Origin: Candidatus Cloacimonadota bacterium
GTDB lineage: Bacteria; Cloacimonadota; Cloacimonadia; G963667145
Assembly: GCA_963667255.1 (NCBI GenBank)
Contig: OY762940.1
Location: 672,001-736,000, forward strand
DNA: 64,000 nt
Direction: 5' to 3'
The notes under the pieces were generated by a model. It did no database searches and had not been told where the DNA came from. It saw only the letters and a list, made by a program, of their open reading frames with translations. Below, one piece after another: positions 49,507 to 60,047 of this stretch. A program made the position numbers and the translations under genes. Position 1 is the first letter of the stretch. The number at the start of each line of letters is the position of its first letter.

Positions 49507-50850
49507 ATGAAAAATACAAATTTAAAATATTTTCATTGTTATGCAACGGGCAACGATTTTCGTTTTTTTCGACAAGATTTTAAAAATTTGAAGAGAATTA
49601 AAAATATTGTTTCAGGTGTTGATGAAATATATTTATTTATTGCAGTGAGTAAAGTTCGACGATTCAATTTTTTTGATATAATTTTCAAGAAAATTGTGCA
49701 AAAGATGTTCAAAAATCATCCAGCAATAAAACTTGTGGGAATAATTTTTAAAAGTAATATTGGAAGAGATTTTAGTTCGTATCAGGCGATGTTTGAGAAA
49801 ATTAAACCTCTTGTTTCTGATAATGATTATGTATTCTTTCAAAACCGCAGTGGATATGGTCCGTTTCGCGAAAATTGGTATAAAAATTTTGTGGAGCAAT
49901 TTGAAAAATTTCCTTCGGTTGCTATATGTGGTAGCACTATCAATTTTTGCGATCATCCTTTTATAAGTTCCAATAATGATATGGCTCATGTGCAAACTTA
50001 TTCTTTTTTGACAAAAGTTTCTTTCTTAAAATTATTTGGGGAAGATTTCCCCGCTATTAATGAAACAGATAAATTAAAAATTATAGCAAACGGAGAAATT
50101 GTTTTAAGTCAGTTCTTTTTAAATAAAGGTTATAAAATAACCAGTATTGAATGGCCAAATGAAGTTATTGCAAAAGATACTATTGCTTTTAATAATTACG
50201 ATATAAAAGATAGACCGACAAAAAAACATTATTTTTATCATAGGGAATACTTTAGAGGAATAAAACATAAAAGATATACAAGGGATAATATTATGAAATT
50301 TACCAATTTTAAAATAGATGGTTTAGTTTTGTTCACTCCCAAAATTTTTGCGGATTCTCGCGGATATTTTATGGAGAGTTTTAAGCAAGGTTCAGTAGAA
50401 AAAATACTTGGCAAAATCAAATTTGTGCAAGAGAACGAATCTTGTTCGAGTTTTGGAGTGCTGAGAGGTTTGCATTTCCAGACAAAGCCTTTTGCTCAAA
50501 GCAAGTTGGTGCGATGTGTGGTGGGCAAGATAATCGATATTGCTGTGGATTTGCGACCAAAGTCTCCAACTTTTGCTCAATACAAAATAGTGGAATTGTC
50601 CGAGGAGAACAAACAGCAACTCTTTTTGCCTCAAGGTTTTGCTCACGGATTTTTGACCTTGAGCGAGAAGGCGATAGTGCAATACAAGGTGGACAACTAT
50701 TATTCGCCGGAGCATGACAGCGGTATTTTTTGGAACGATAAAGATTTGGCAATTAACTGGGAATTTGAGAAATACGGAATTAAAAAGCCGATTATTTCCG
50801 ACAAAGATGCCAAACAACAAAGTTTGCAGGAGTTTAGAAATAGCTTATGA
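49507..50850 (+). CDS. rmlC: RgpF-like (rhamnan synthesis) domain in frame with dTDP-4-dehydrorhamnose 3,5-epimerase (rmlC part starts at ATG 50293)
   Basis: N-part SNIGRDF, GYGP, HVQTY, EIVLSQ; C-part DSRGYF, VLRGLHFQ, GFAHGF, YKVDNYY. Confidence 0.85.
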   Translation: MKNTNLKYFHCYATGNDFRFFRQDFKNLKRIKNIVSGVDEIYLFIAVSKVRRFNFFDIIFKKIVQKMFKNHPAIKLVGIIFKSNIGRDFSSYQAMFEKIKPLVSDNDYVFFQNRSGYGPFRENWYKNFVEQFEKFPSVAICGSTINFCDHPFISSNNDMAHVQTYSFLTKVSFLKLFGEDFPAINETDKLKIIANGEIVLSQFFLNKGYKITSIEWPNEVIAKDTIAFNNYDIKDRPTKKHYFYHREYFRGIKHKRYTRDNIMKFTNFKIDGLVLFTPKIFADSRGYFMESFKQGSVEKILGKIKFVQENESCSSFGVLRGLHFQTKPFAQSKLVRCVVGKIIDIAVDLRPKSPTFAQYKIVELSEENKQQLFLPQGFAHGFLTLSEKAIVQYKVDNYYSPEHDSGIFWNDKDLAINWEFEKYGIKKPIISDKDAKQQSLQEFRNSL

Positions 50851-50893
50851 AAAAAATCTTACTCGTAGGCTCACAAGGGCAATTGGGCAAAGA
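50823..50893 (+). repeat. direct repeat copy 1 (rmlC 3' end + first 16 codons of rmlD)
   Basis: Matches 52869-52939; the 49-bp core 50845-50893 differs by one base. Confidence 0.92.
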
Positions 50894-52030
50894 ATGATAG
50901 ATTACATAATTGTAGGTAGCGGACTATCAGGATTAGTTTCAGCAGAAAGAATTGCTACACAACTTAATAAAAAAGTTCTGCTTATAGAGAAAAGAAACCA
51001 TATTGGTGGAAATTGCTTTGATTATAAAGACGAAAACAATATTTTAGTCCACAAGTACGGTCCTCATTTATTTCATACTGATAATAAGGATGTAGTAGAT
51101 TATCTGTCTAAATTTACTGAATGGAACTTGTATAATCATGAAGTGTTAGTTTATATTGATGGGCAAAAAGTACCTATACCATTCAATTTTAATACATTAT
51201 ATAAATTATTTTCAAAATCTAAAGCAGAAGTTTTGGAAGAAAAGCTTTTGCAAAGCTATGCATACAACTCAAAAGTTCCTATTTTGGAATTAAAAAAATC
51301 GTCAGATAAAGAACTATTATTTTTGGCTGATTTTATTTACGAGAAAATTTTTGTAAATTACACGGCAAAGCAATGGGGAATGAAACCTGAAGAAATAGAT
51401 GGTGCAGTTACCGCCAGAGTTCCGATTTTTATTGGTAGAGACAATAGATATTTTAACGATAAATTCCAAATGTTACCAGCTAATGGATGTACAAAAATGT
51501 TTTGGAAAATGCTTAGTAGTAAGAATATTAAGATTATGTTAAATACAGACTTTAAAGAAGTTTGCTTGTTAAAAGAGGATGGATTTTATTTATTCAACCA
51601 AAAATTTAATGGTAAATTAATTTATACTGGTAAAATTGATGAATTATTTGATTATAAATTCGGGGAATTACCTTACAGAAGTGTAGATATGAAGTTTGGA
51701 ACAATAAATAAAGAATTTTACCAAGAAAAATCGGTTGTAAATTATCCGAATGATTACAACTTTACACGAATTACCGAGTTTAAGCATATTTACCCGATAA
51801 ATTCTAATAAAACTACTATTTTAAAAGAATACCCGCAAGAACATATTGTAGGGAAGAATGAACCTTATTATCCGATTTTTACGGAAGAAAATAATAGAAA
51901 TTACAATAAATATTTAGAATATTCTAAGCAATTTAAAAATTTAATATTGCTTGGAAGATTAGCAGAATACAAATACTACGATATGGACGATATAATTGAA
52001 CAAGCTATGAATGTTTTTAAAATGAGTTAA
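50894..52030 (+). CDS. glf: UDP-galactopyranose mutase
   Basis: IVGSGLSG, HIGGNC, HKYGPHLFHT, LPYRS, TRITEFKH, GRLAEYKYYDMD; start ATG 50894. Confidence 0.96.
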   Translation: MIDYIIVGSGLSGLVSAERIATQLNKKVLLIEKRNHIGGNCFDYKDENNILVHKYGPHLFHTDNKDVVDYLSKFTEWNLYNHEVLVYIDGQKVPIPFNFNTLYKLFSKSKAEVLEEKLLQSYAYNSKVPILELKKSSDKELLFLADFIYEKIFVNYTAKQWGMKPEEIDGAVTARVPIFIGRDNRYFNDKFQMLPANGCTKMFWKMLSSKNIKIMLNTDFKEVCLLKEDGFYLFNQKFNGKLIYTGKIDELFDYKFGELPYRSVDMKFGTINKEFYQEKSVVNYPNDYNFTRITEFKHIYPINSNKTTILKEYPQEHIVGKNEPYYPIFTEENNRNYNKYLEYSKQFKNLILLGRLAEYKYYDMDDIIEQAMNVFKMS

Positions 52031-52034
52031 AATA

Positions 52035-52868
52035 ATGGGGAAATTAACTAATAATAAATTGTTTTTAATGACAGCCCATCATAAAAAGGATGGCTTTATT
52101 CCTATAAGTAAAAAATATTTTAATCCTATACATGTTGGGAAAGCTTTGTCAAATGAAGAATTGGGGATAATAGGAGATAATGAAGGAGAGAATATTTCCA
52201 ATAAAAATGGTTCATTTTGTGAACTAACTGCTTATTATTATGCTTGGAAGAATGTTGATGCAACTTATATTGGTTTAATGCATTATAGAAGATTTTTTTC
52301 TGAGAAATCATTTTTTTTGAAAAAATTTCATCGTAAATTAAAGTATTTGAGAAAAAGGGAGACGAAATTCGAATTTTATTATAAGGTTCATATAAAAAAA
52401 ACAAAAAAAATAGAAATTTTGTCAAAATCATTTTATAATTATATGAACAATAACTTAAATAGATATGACATTTTTGTTCCAAATAAAATATGTTCTAAAA
52501 ATATAAATATGGAAGAACAATATATTTTAGGTCATCATAAAGAAGATTGGATAATTTTAAAAAAAATTATTAAAGAAAAATATTCTTTCTTGGTTAGAGC
52601 TATGGAAATAAGTAGAAAAGCTAAAAAATTTTATATTTATAATATGTTTATAATGAAAAAAGAAATATTTAATGAATATATGGAAATTTTATTTGGCATT
52701 TTATTTACAGCTGAAAAATTAATAGACATTAAAAATAAAAATTTATATCAAAAAAGAGTTTTTGGATTTTTGGCTGAAAGAATTTTTAATATTTATTTAA
52801 ATTATAAAATTGAAAACAATAAAAATATTAAAGTTAAGGAATTTAATATGGTTATTATTAAAGATTGA
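52035..52868 (+). CDS. DUF4422 domain protein (galactofuranosyltransferase-like)
   Basis: PIHVG, GDNEGENISNKNGSFCELTAYYYAWKN, HYRRF, NMFIM, RVFGFLAER. Confidence 0.88.
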   Translation: MGKLTNNKLFLMTAHHKKDGFIPISKKYFNPIHVGKALSNEELGIIGDNEGENISNKNGSFCELTAYYYAWKNVDATYIGLMHYRRFFSEKSFFLKKFHRKLKYLRKRETKFEFYYKVHIKKTKKIEILSKSFYNYMNNNLNRYDIFVPNKICSKNINMEEQYILGHHKEDWIILKKIIKEKYSFLVRAMEISRKAKKFYIYNMFIMKKEIFNEYMEILFGILFTAEKLIDIKNKNLYQKRVFGFLAERIFNIYLNYKIENNKNIKVKEFNMVIIKD

Positions 52869-52939
52869 TTTACAGGAGTTTAAGAAGAGTTTATGAAAAA
52901 AATCTTACTCGTAGGTTCACAAGGGCAATTGGGCAAAGA
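52869..52939 (+). repeat. direct repeat copy 2 (relic rmlC 3' end + start of intact rmlD)
   Basis: Reads LQEFKKSL* versus LQEFRNSL* at the real rmlC end, then MKKILLVGSQGQLGKE. Confidence 0.92.
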
Positions 52940-53771
52940 GTTTGCAAACTATTTTGGGGGAAACAATATTTCTTTTTTGGGAGTTGACCTTATCCAAAAG
53001 GAAGAAGCAACTTACCAAGTTGCCAATATTTGTGATGAGCAAGCAGTCAGAAATATTTTGGAATTGGGAGATTTTACTCACATCATCAATTGTGCTGCTT
53101 ATAATGCGGTTGACAAGGCGGAAGAGGATTTTGAAACTGCAAATTTGCTCAACAATTTGGCAGTGGGGAATTTGGCAAAATTGGCAAGAGAGTTTGCTTG
53201 TCAGCTGGTGCATTATTCCACTGATTATGTTTTTGATGGCGAGAAAAATCAGCCTTACAAAATCAGCGATGAGCCAAATCCAGTTTCCAATTATGGGAAA
53301 ACAAAACATCTCGGGGAGCTTGCCGTAGAGATGGAGACGGACAAATTTTACATTATTAGGGTTTCTTGGCTTTTTGGCATTTACGGGAACAATTTTGTGG
53401 ATAAGGTCATTTCTTGGAGCAAAAATCCCGAGTTGAAAATTGCCGAAAACGAAACTTCTGCTCCTACTTTTACGGAAGAAGTGGTGGATGCAACGATGAA
53501 ACTTTTGGAATTGGGGAAATTTGGCAAATACCATTTTTGCAATACAAGTTGCACTCGCTACGAATGGGCAAAATTCATTTTGAACAAAATCGGATTTGCG
53601 GGAAAAGTGGAAAAAGTTCAAAAGGAAATTTTCAATTTGCCTGCCAAAAGACCGACATTTTCGGTGATGGACACCAGTGAAAGTGAAAAAATTCTTGGCT
53701 TTAAATTTTCTTCTTGGCAAGATGCAACGAGTAGATTTTTAGAAAAATTGAGTAATTTGGAGAAGCAATGA
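52893..53771 (+). CDS. rmlD: dTDP-4-dehydrorhamnose reductase
   Basis: GSQGQLG, NCAAYNAVDKAE, STDYVFDG, YGKTK. Confidence 0.96.
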   Translation: MKKILLVGSQGQLGKEFANYFGGNNISFLGVDLIQKEEATYQVANICDEQAVRNILELGDFTHIINCAAYNAVDKAEEDFETANLLNNLAVGNLAKLAREFACQLVHYSTDYVFDGEKNQPYKISDEPNPVSNYGKTKHLGELAVEMETDKFYIIRVSWLFGIYGNNFVDKVISWSKNPELKIAENETSAPTFTEEVVDATMKLLELGKFGKYHFCNTSCTRYEWAKFILNKIGFAGKVEKVQKEIFNLPAKRPTFSVMDTSESEKILGFKFSSWQDATSRFLEKLSNLEKQ

Positions 53772-54823
53772 ATAACCTATTAGTGACTGGGGGAGCAGGA
53801 TTTATCGGAAGCCATTTGGTGCGACTTTTGGTGAATAAATATCCAGACAAAAAAATTATAAATGTTGATAAACTCACTTATGCGGGAAATTTGGAAAACT
53901 TGAAAGACATTGAAAATAAAGGCAATTACACATTTATCAAAGCCGATATTTGTGATGAGGCTGCCATAAAAAAGATTTTTGCTGATTACAAAATCGATGG
54001 AGTAATCCATCTTGCTGCCGAATCTCATGTTGACCGCTCGATTACCAATCCTTTTGAGTTTGCCACCACTAATGTGATGGGCACTTTGGTGTTGTTGCAG
54101 ACTGCGAAAGAGAGCTGGAAAGAGAATTTTGCGAACAAATTGTTTTATCATGTTTCCACCGACGAGGTTTATGGCTCTTTGGAGAAAACTGGTTTTTTTG
54201 TGGAAGAGACTCCTTACGATCCCAAGTCGCCATATTCGGCTTCCAAAGCCTCTTCCGACCATTTTGTGCGAGCTTATGCCAACACTTACGGGCTTCCGAT
54301 TACGATTTCCAATTGTTCCAACAATTACGGACCAAATCAATTTCCCGAAAAACTTTTGCCACTTTTCATCAACAATATTAGGAATAACAAGCCTTTGCCG
54401 GTCTATGGAAAGGGCGAAAATATCAGAGATTGGCTCTTTGTGATTGACCATGCCGTGGCTATTGATACGATTTTTTTCTCCGGTAAAATAGGGGAGACCT
54501 ACAATATCGGCGGATTTAACGAGTGGAAAAATATCGATTTAATTCATTTGCTTTGTAAAATTATGGATAAAAAATTGGGCAGAGCAGAGGGCGAAAGTGC
54601 GAAATTGATAACATATGTGACCGACAGAGCAGGGCACGATTTGCGATATGCCATCGATTCTTCCAAACTGAAAAATGAGCTTGGTTGGCAGCCGTCTTTG
54701 CAATTTGAGGAAGGCTTGGGAAAGACAGTCGATTGGTATCTTGCCAACGAGGAATGGCTGGAAAATGTTACCAGCGGCGATTACCAAAAATATTATTCTC
54801 AAATGTATGAAGGAGGCAAATAG
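53768..54823 (+). CDS. rmlB: dTDP-glucose 4,6-dehydratase
   Basis: [36 protein letters not shown]. Confidence 0.98.
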   Translation: MNNLLVTGGAGFIGSHLVRLLVNKYPDKKIINVDKLTYAGNLENLKDIENKGNYTFIKADICDEAAIKKIFADYKIDGVIHLAAESHVDRSITNPFEFATTNVMGTLVLLQTAKESWKENFANKLFYHVSTDEVYGSLEKTGFFVEETPYDPKSPYSASKASSDHFVRAYANTYGLPITISNCSNNYGPNQFPEKLLPLFINNIRNNKPLPVYGKGENIRDWLFVIDHAVAIDTIFFSGKIGETYNIGGFNEWKNIDLIHLLCKIMDKKLGRAEGESAKLITYVTDRAGHDLRYAIDSSKLKNELGWQPSLQFEEGLGKTVDWYLANEEWLENVTSGDYQKYYSQMYEGGK

Positions 54824-55707
54824 TGAAAGGAATTGTGTTAGCCGGTGGTAGCGGAACGAGACTTTATCCGCTTACCAAATCGATATCCAAACAACTTTTG
54901 CCGATTTATGATAAGCCGATGATTTACTATCCGATTTCGGTGCTGATGTTGGCAGGAATCAGAGAAATTTTGATAATTTCCACTCCTGAAGATTTGCCGA
55001 AGTTTGAGCAAATGTTGGGTGATGGCTCCGATTTTGGAGTTAAATTTTCTTATAAGGTGCAACCCAGTCCTGACGGCTTGGCACAGGCTTTCATCTTGGG
55101 CAAGGAGTTTCTCGGAGATGACGATGTTTGTCTCATTTTGGGCGACAATATTTTCTATGGAAGCAACTTGGTCAATTTGCTGAAGAATGCCAAAAATAAT
55201 TTGGAGCAACAAAAGAAAGCTACTATTTTCGGCTATTATGTGGAAGACCCTCAGAGATACGGAATTGCTAATTTTGATGATGATTTGAATGTGAAGTCCA
55301 TCGAAGAAAAGCCCCAAAATCCGCCGAACAATTATGCCGTTGTCGGTTTGTATTTTTTCCCCAAAGGTGTGGCGAAAGTTGCCGAAAATGTTAAGCCATC
55401 TGCAAGAGGTGAGCTGGAAATTACTTCGGTGATTGACTATTATTTGCAAAAGCAAGAGTTGAAATTGGAGTTGATGGGTAGAGGCTTTGCTTGGCTGGAT
55501 ACGGGAACTCATCAGAGCTTATTGGAGGCTGCAACTTTTATGGAAATTTTGGAAAAGAGGCAAGGTTTGAAGGTCGCTTGTTTGGAAGAAATAGCTTTTA
55601 GACAAGGATTTATCTCCAAAGAAAAATTGCAAGAACAAGGCTTAGCAATGAGCAAAAACAGCTATGGGCAATATTTGTTGAAGTTGGCTGAAAAGAAAGT
55701 TTTTTAG
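54823..55707 (+). CDS. rmlA: glucose-1-phosphate thymidylyltransferase
   Basis: [32 protein letters not shown]. Confidence 0.98.
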   Translation: MKGIVLAGGSGTRLYPLTKSISKQLLPIYDKPMIYYPISVLMLAGIREILIISTPEDLPKFEQMLGDGSDFGVKFSYKVQPSPDGLAQAFILGKEFLGDDDVCLILGDNIFYGSNLVNLLKNAKNNLEQQKKATIFGYYVEDPQRYGIANFDDDLNVKSIEEKPQNPPNNYAVVGLYFFPKGVAKVAENVKPSARGELEITSVIDYYLQKQELKLELMGRGFAWLDTGTHQSLLEAATFMEILEKRQGLKVACLEEIAFRQGFISKEKLQEQGLAMSKNSYGQYLLKLAEKKVF

Positions 55708-55716
55708 GATTGTGAA

Positions 55717-56715
55717 TTGAAAATTAAAGTTGAAGAGATAAATAAAATATTGATTATTTCCCCTTTTCGTTTTGGGGATACTTTATTAAATAGTGCTTAT
55801 CTCCCTTCTTTGAAAGAAAAATTTCCTAAGGCAAAAATAAGTTATTTAACCCGTAAGCCTTGTCAAAAAATGTTAGAAGATAACCCGAATATTGACAATT
55901 TTGTTCTTTTCGAGAATAAAAAAGGTGTAGCAAATATTTTTGAGAGAATAAAATTATTTTATAGAGTGCGAAAGGAAAATTACGATTTGTTAATTGACCA
56001 AAATAGAGGAACAACAGGCGGACAAATAACTTTTTTTAGTGGAGCAAAGTATCGCTTGGGGTATAGTCATTCTCGATATTCTAAATTTTTTAATCTTATT
56101 GGTTTTGAAGGGAAACAAAGATATTCCGCTTTGATGCGTTTTGATTTGCTAAAATCTTTGGGTATAAACGAGCCGAAAAAAATTGATTTGTATTTTACTA
56201 TTAGAGACAAAGACAAAATTTATATAAAAAACTGCTTGGAAGAAGAAAAATTAATTGATAAGAAGTTGATTGTTTTATCCCCAGGGTCTCCTGTTCCTCG
56301 CAAAATGTGGTCCCTGGAAAATTATGCCAAACTTTGTGATTTGATAATAGAAAAAACAGATTATAAGCCTCTTTTGTTATGGGGACCAAATGAGTTGGAA
56401 TTAGTAAAAAAGGTGCAACAATTGTCAAAAAAGGAAATTTTATTAGCTCCTCCTACAGATTTTTCTCAAGCTGGAGCATTATTAAAACAGAGCAAAATCT
56501 TAGTTTGTAATGATGGTGGAATAAACCATTTTAGCCAAACTACTAAAACTCCTTCTTTGGCAATTTTTATGGATTACAGCGAAATTACCAATTGGAGTTT
56601 GCAAGGGATTTTTCCTAATCATTGGCACATTACAGACAAAAACAAAGACAAAATTACAGCTGATTTGGTTTTTGATAAATTATTGGATTGTCTAAAAATT
56701 ATAGAAAAAAGGTAA
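55717..56715 (+). CDS. family 9 glycosyltransferase
   Basis: FGDTLL, SPGS..KMW, WGPNE, CNDGGINH. Confidence 0.85.
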   Translation: MKIKVEEINKILIISPFRFGDTLLNSAYLPSLKEKFPKAKISYLTRKPCQKMLEDNPNIDNFVLFENKKGVANIFERIKLFYRVRKENYDLLIDQNRGTTGGQITFFSGAKYRLGYSHSRYSKFFNLIGFEGKQRYSALMRFDLLKSLGINEPKKIDLYFTIRDKDKIYIKNCLEEEKLIDKKLIVLSPGSPVPRKMWSLENYAKLCDLIIEKTDYKPLLLWGPNELELVKKVQQLSKKEILLAPPTDFSQAGALLKQSKILVCNDGGINHFSQTTKTPSLAIFMDYSEITNWSLQGIFPNHWHITDKNKDKITADLVFDKLLDCLKIIEKR

Positions 56716-56726
56716 AAATATATTTT

Positions 56727-57503
56727 ATGAATAATAAATTATCCGTAGTGATTTTAACAAAAAATGGTATGCCAGTTTTGGCTGAAGCTTTGAAATCTGT
56801 GGAATGGGCTGATGAAATTTTGGTGATTGATTCTGGCTCAACTGATGGCTCTCTTGAAGAATGCAAAAAGTATTCTAATTGCAGGGTTATTGAAACTAAA
56901 TGGTTAGGTTTTGGCAAAGCTCATCGTTTTGGAGTTGATAATGCCAAGCATGATAATATTTTAAATCTTGACCAAGATGAAATTATTAGTGAAAAATTGA
57001 AAAATAAGATTTTATCCATTTTGGCAAAAGGCGAATTGGACGAAGTTTATCGCATAAGAAGGGAAACTTTTTACATAACTAAAATTGTTCATTATTGTTG
57101 GAGTGGAGACTATCCTACTCGCTTTTTTAATAGAAAAAAGGCAAATTTTGTAGATGCAGTGGTTCCTCACGAATATGTCGAAACTGAATTGAAAGCTAAA
57201 AAAATAAAGGAACATATAATTCATAAATGCTATCCTGATTTTAATTTACATTTAAATAAAATTAATTTGTATAGTGAGAATGGAGCAATTTATTTGCAAA
57301 ATAAAGGCAAAAAAGGTGGCTTAATAAAAGCTTTGCTTCATGCAAAATTAAAATTTATTAAAATGTATTTTTTTAAATTAGGGTTTTTGGACGGGAAAAT
57401 AGGTTTAATTCTTGCTATAAACTCTGCTTTCAATGTTTACATTAAATATTTGAAACTTTGGCAATTTAACAAGGGAGTTGGTTTAGATGGCAAAATTGAT
57501 TAA
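56727..57503 (+). CDS. family 2 glycosyltransferase (WaaE/KdtX-like LPS core)
   Basis: LSVVILTKN, DSGSTDG, WLGFG, DQDE, GFLDGKIG. Confidence 0.88.
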   Translation: MNNKLSVVILTKNGMPVLAEALKSVEWADEILVIDSGSTDGSLEECKKYSNCRVIETKWLGFGKAHRFGVDNAKHDNILNLDQDEIISEKLKNKILSILAKGELDEVYRIRRETFYITKIVHYCWSGDYPTRFFNRKKANFVDAVVPHEYVETELKAKKIKEHIIHKCYPDFNLHLNKINLYSENGAIYLQNKGKKGGLIKALLHAKLKFIKMYFFKLGFLDGKIGLILAINSAFNVYIKYLKLWQFNKGVGLDGKID

Positions 57504-57846
57504 TTTGCAAAGTCATATAGATGAGCGGGGAAGTTTAACTGCTATAGAAAAAGTTTTGCCTTTTGAAATAAAGAGAGTTTTTTATTTGGATAAATTAGGC
57601 GATAAACCGCGAGGTTCACATAAACATTACGAATTGTTTGAGGCAGTAATTTGTTTAAGAGGAAGTTTTGTGATGCAGATAAAAAATAAGGAGAGTGAAA
57701 AAAATTTCGTTCTGGATTCTCCTAATAAATGTCTTTTATTGCCTCCAGAAGATTTTAGGATTCTTCATTCTTTTAGTAAAGATTGCTTGATATTGGCTTT
57801 GGCATCTTGCGAATACGACCCCAAAGATTATATTTATGAGGTATAA
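57487..57846 (+). CDS. sugar 3,4-ketoisomerase (FdtA/QdtA cupin)
   Basis: DERGSL, PFEIKRVF, RGSHKH, LAS..YDPKDY. Confidence 0.88.
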   Translation: MAKLINLQSHIDERGSLTAIEKVLPFEIKRVFYLDKLGDKPRGSHKHYELFEAVICLRGSFVMQIKNKESEKNFVLDSPNKCLLLPPEDFRILHSFSKDCLILALASCEYDPKDYIYEV

Positions 57847-57849
57847 AAA

Positions 57850-58935
57850 TTGATAGAATTTGAAAATTTAGCAAAACTAAATCAGCCTTTTTTTGATGAA
57901 TACCGCAAATCTTTTGAACAAACTTTGGAGAGTGGTTGGTATATTTTGGGTAAAAATTTGGAAAAATTTGAAAATGAATTTGCAGCTTATCATAATGCAA
58001 AATATTGTATTGGTGTAGCTTCTGGTTTAGATGCTTTGATTTTGTCGCTAAGAGCTTTGCAATTGCCAAAAAATTCCGAAGTAATTGTTCCTTCTAACAC
58101 TTATATAGCTTCCATTTTAGCCATTTTACAAGTTGATTTAATTCCCATTTTGGTAGAACCTGATGAAAAAACATACAATTTAGATTTCAACAAAATTGAA
58201 GAAGCTATAACCAAGAATACAAGAGCAATTATACCTGTTCATCTTTATGGCAAAGTTTGTCAAATGGATAAGATTTTGGGAATTGCTCAAAAATATAATT
58301 TGCGAATTGTGGAAGATTGTGCTCAAGCTCATGGAGCAACTTTCAAAGGGCAAAAAGCGGGAACTTTTGGTGATTTTGGAGCTTTTAGTTTTTATCCAAC
58401 CAAAAATCTTGGTGCTTTGGGAGATGCCGGAGCTATAATTACCAATGATGATAAGTTGGCTGACTATGTGAAAATGCTAAGAAATTATGGCTCAAAGATT
58501 AAATACAAAAATGAGATAATTGGATACAATTCGCGATTGGACGAAATGCAAGCAGGATTTTTGTCCGTAAAGCTAAAATATTTGGATGCGATAAATCTTC
58601 ATAAAAGGGAATTGGCTAAAATATATTTGGAAATTTTGAATGACGATTTTGTCAAACCACAGGTCAATGGAGATTTTTTTGATGTTTATCATATTTTCAA
58701 TATTAGACATAATAGAAGAGATGAATTAAAAAAAGATCTTGAAAATAAGGGAATTTTGACTGGAATTCATTATCCAATAGCTCCTGCAGAGCAAAAAGCT
58801 CTTTTGGGCATTGTCAAAGGTGATTTCCCGATAGCAAAAAAAATCCACGAACAAACTATTAGTTTACCTTTGTCATATTTCCATACTTCTGATGAAGTAA
58901 AAAAAGTGGCAGAAGCCATAAATTCTTTTCTATAA
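57850..58935 (+). CDS. DegT/DnrJ/EryC1/StrS sugar aminotransferase (FdtB-like)
   Basis: [29 protein letters not shown]. Confidence 0.93.
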   Translation: MIEFENLAKLNQPFFDEYRKSFEQTLESGWYILGKNLEKFENEFAAYHNAKYCIGVASGLDALILSLRALQLPKNSEVIVPSNTYIASILAILQVDLIPILVEPDEKTYNLDFNKIEEAITKNTRAIIPVHLYGKVCQMDKILGIAQKYNLRIVEDCAQAHGATFKGQKAGTFGDFGAFSFYPTKNLGALGDAGAIITNDDKLADYVKMLRNYGSKIKYKNEIIGYNSRLDEMQAGFLSVKLKYLDAINLHKRELAKIYLEILNDDFVKPQVNGDFFDVYHIFNIRHNRRDELKKDLENKGILTGIHYPIAPAEQKALLGIVKGDFPIAKKIHEQTISLPLSYFHTSDEVKKVAEAINSFL

Positions 58936-60026
58936 TGATTAATATCTTACACATCGATACAGAGCGAACTTGGCGAGGAGGGCAAAGACAAGCCACTTAC
59001 CTTTTTGAAGCTTTATATAAAAGAGGTTATAAAACCAAAATGATTTGTCGTCCCAATTCTAAACTGCAAGAATTTTGTCGGCAAAAGAAATTACCTTACA
59101 AAATTATTCCTATGAAGAACGAGTTTTGTCTTTTTTCTGCCTTAAAAATTGCCAAAATGTGTAAAAGCGAAAATTACCAGATAGCCCATTTACATAGTGC
59201 TCATGCTGTTGCAGTTGGATTTTGGCTAAAATTATTTTACCCTGAAATTATTTTGATAGGTATGAGACGAGTTGATTTTAAATTGAAAAGGAATTTCTTT
59301 TCTCGGCTCAAATACTCTAAATTAGATAAGTTGGTTTGCATCTCCAAAAAAATAGAGGAAGTTGTTCAAAATAGTGGTTTTGAAAACACAAAATTAATTT
59401 ATAGTGGCATAGATTTGAATAGATTTTCTGATGTTGAACCTGTAGATATTAAGCAAGAATTGTCTTTACCCGAAGATAGCATCATCATAGGAACTACGGC
59501 GGCTTTAGTTGGGCATAAAGATTTTCCTACAATGCTTGAGGCAGCAAAAATTGTTTGTTGGGAAAATGAAAAAGCTAATTTTGTTGTTTTGGGTGATGGT
59601 CATCTAAAAGAAGAATTAAGAGAGATGCGAGATAACTTGGGGTTAAAAAATAGATTTTTCTTTGCTGGATTTAAAAAAAATGTTGGTGCTTATTTGAAGA
59701 GTTTTGATATTTTTGCTCTATCTTCACAAAAAGAGGGTTTAGGAACTTCTATTTTAGATGCTCAGGCTTTGGGTTTACCGGTTGTTGCTTGTAAAAGTGG
59801 AGGTATCCCTGAAGCGGTTTATAACGAAGAAAACGGGTTTTTAGTTCCTAAAAAAAATCCTGAGGCTTTTGCAAATGCTTTGCTTAAATTAATGAAAAAT
59901 AAAAAGCTAATAAAAAAAATGGGTGAGATGGGCTTGAATACAGTTAAAAAATTTAATATTCAAAAAACTATCGATAATTATCTTAGCTTCTATTACAATT
60001 TATTGAAAGAAAATAATTCCTTATAA
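58935..60026 (+). CDS. family 4 glycosyltransferase
   Basis: WRGGQRQ, HKDF, EGLGTSILDA, GGIPE. Confidence 0.9.
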   Translation: MINILHIDTERTWRGGQRQATYLFEALYKRGYKTKMICRPNSKLQEFCRQKKLPYKIIPMKNEFCLFSALKIAKMCKSENYQIAHLHSAHAVAVGFWLKLFYPEIILIGMRRVDFKLKRNFFSRLKYSKLDKLVCISKKIEEVVQNSGFENTKLIYSGIDLNRFSDVEPVDIKQELSLPEDSIIIGTTAALVGHKDFPTMLEAAKIVCWENEKANFVVLGDGHLKEELREMRDNLGLKNRFFFAGFKKNVGAYLKSFDIFALSSQKEGLGTSILDAQALGLPVVACKSGGIPEAVYNEENGFLVPKKNPEAFANALLKLMKNKKLIKKMGEMGLNTVKKFNIQKTIDNYLSFYYNLLKENNSL

Positions 60027-60047
60027 TTTGGCATTGAGCATCAAAAT

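Noticed and set aside
50714..50893. 60-aa N-terminal extension of Glf
   Set aside because: It overlaps rmlC and the rmlD stub in other frames; Glf homology starts at ATG 50894.
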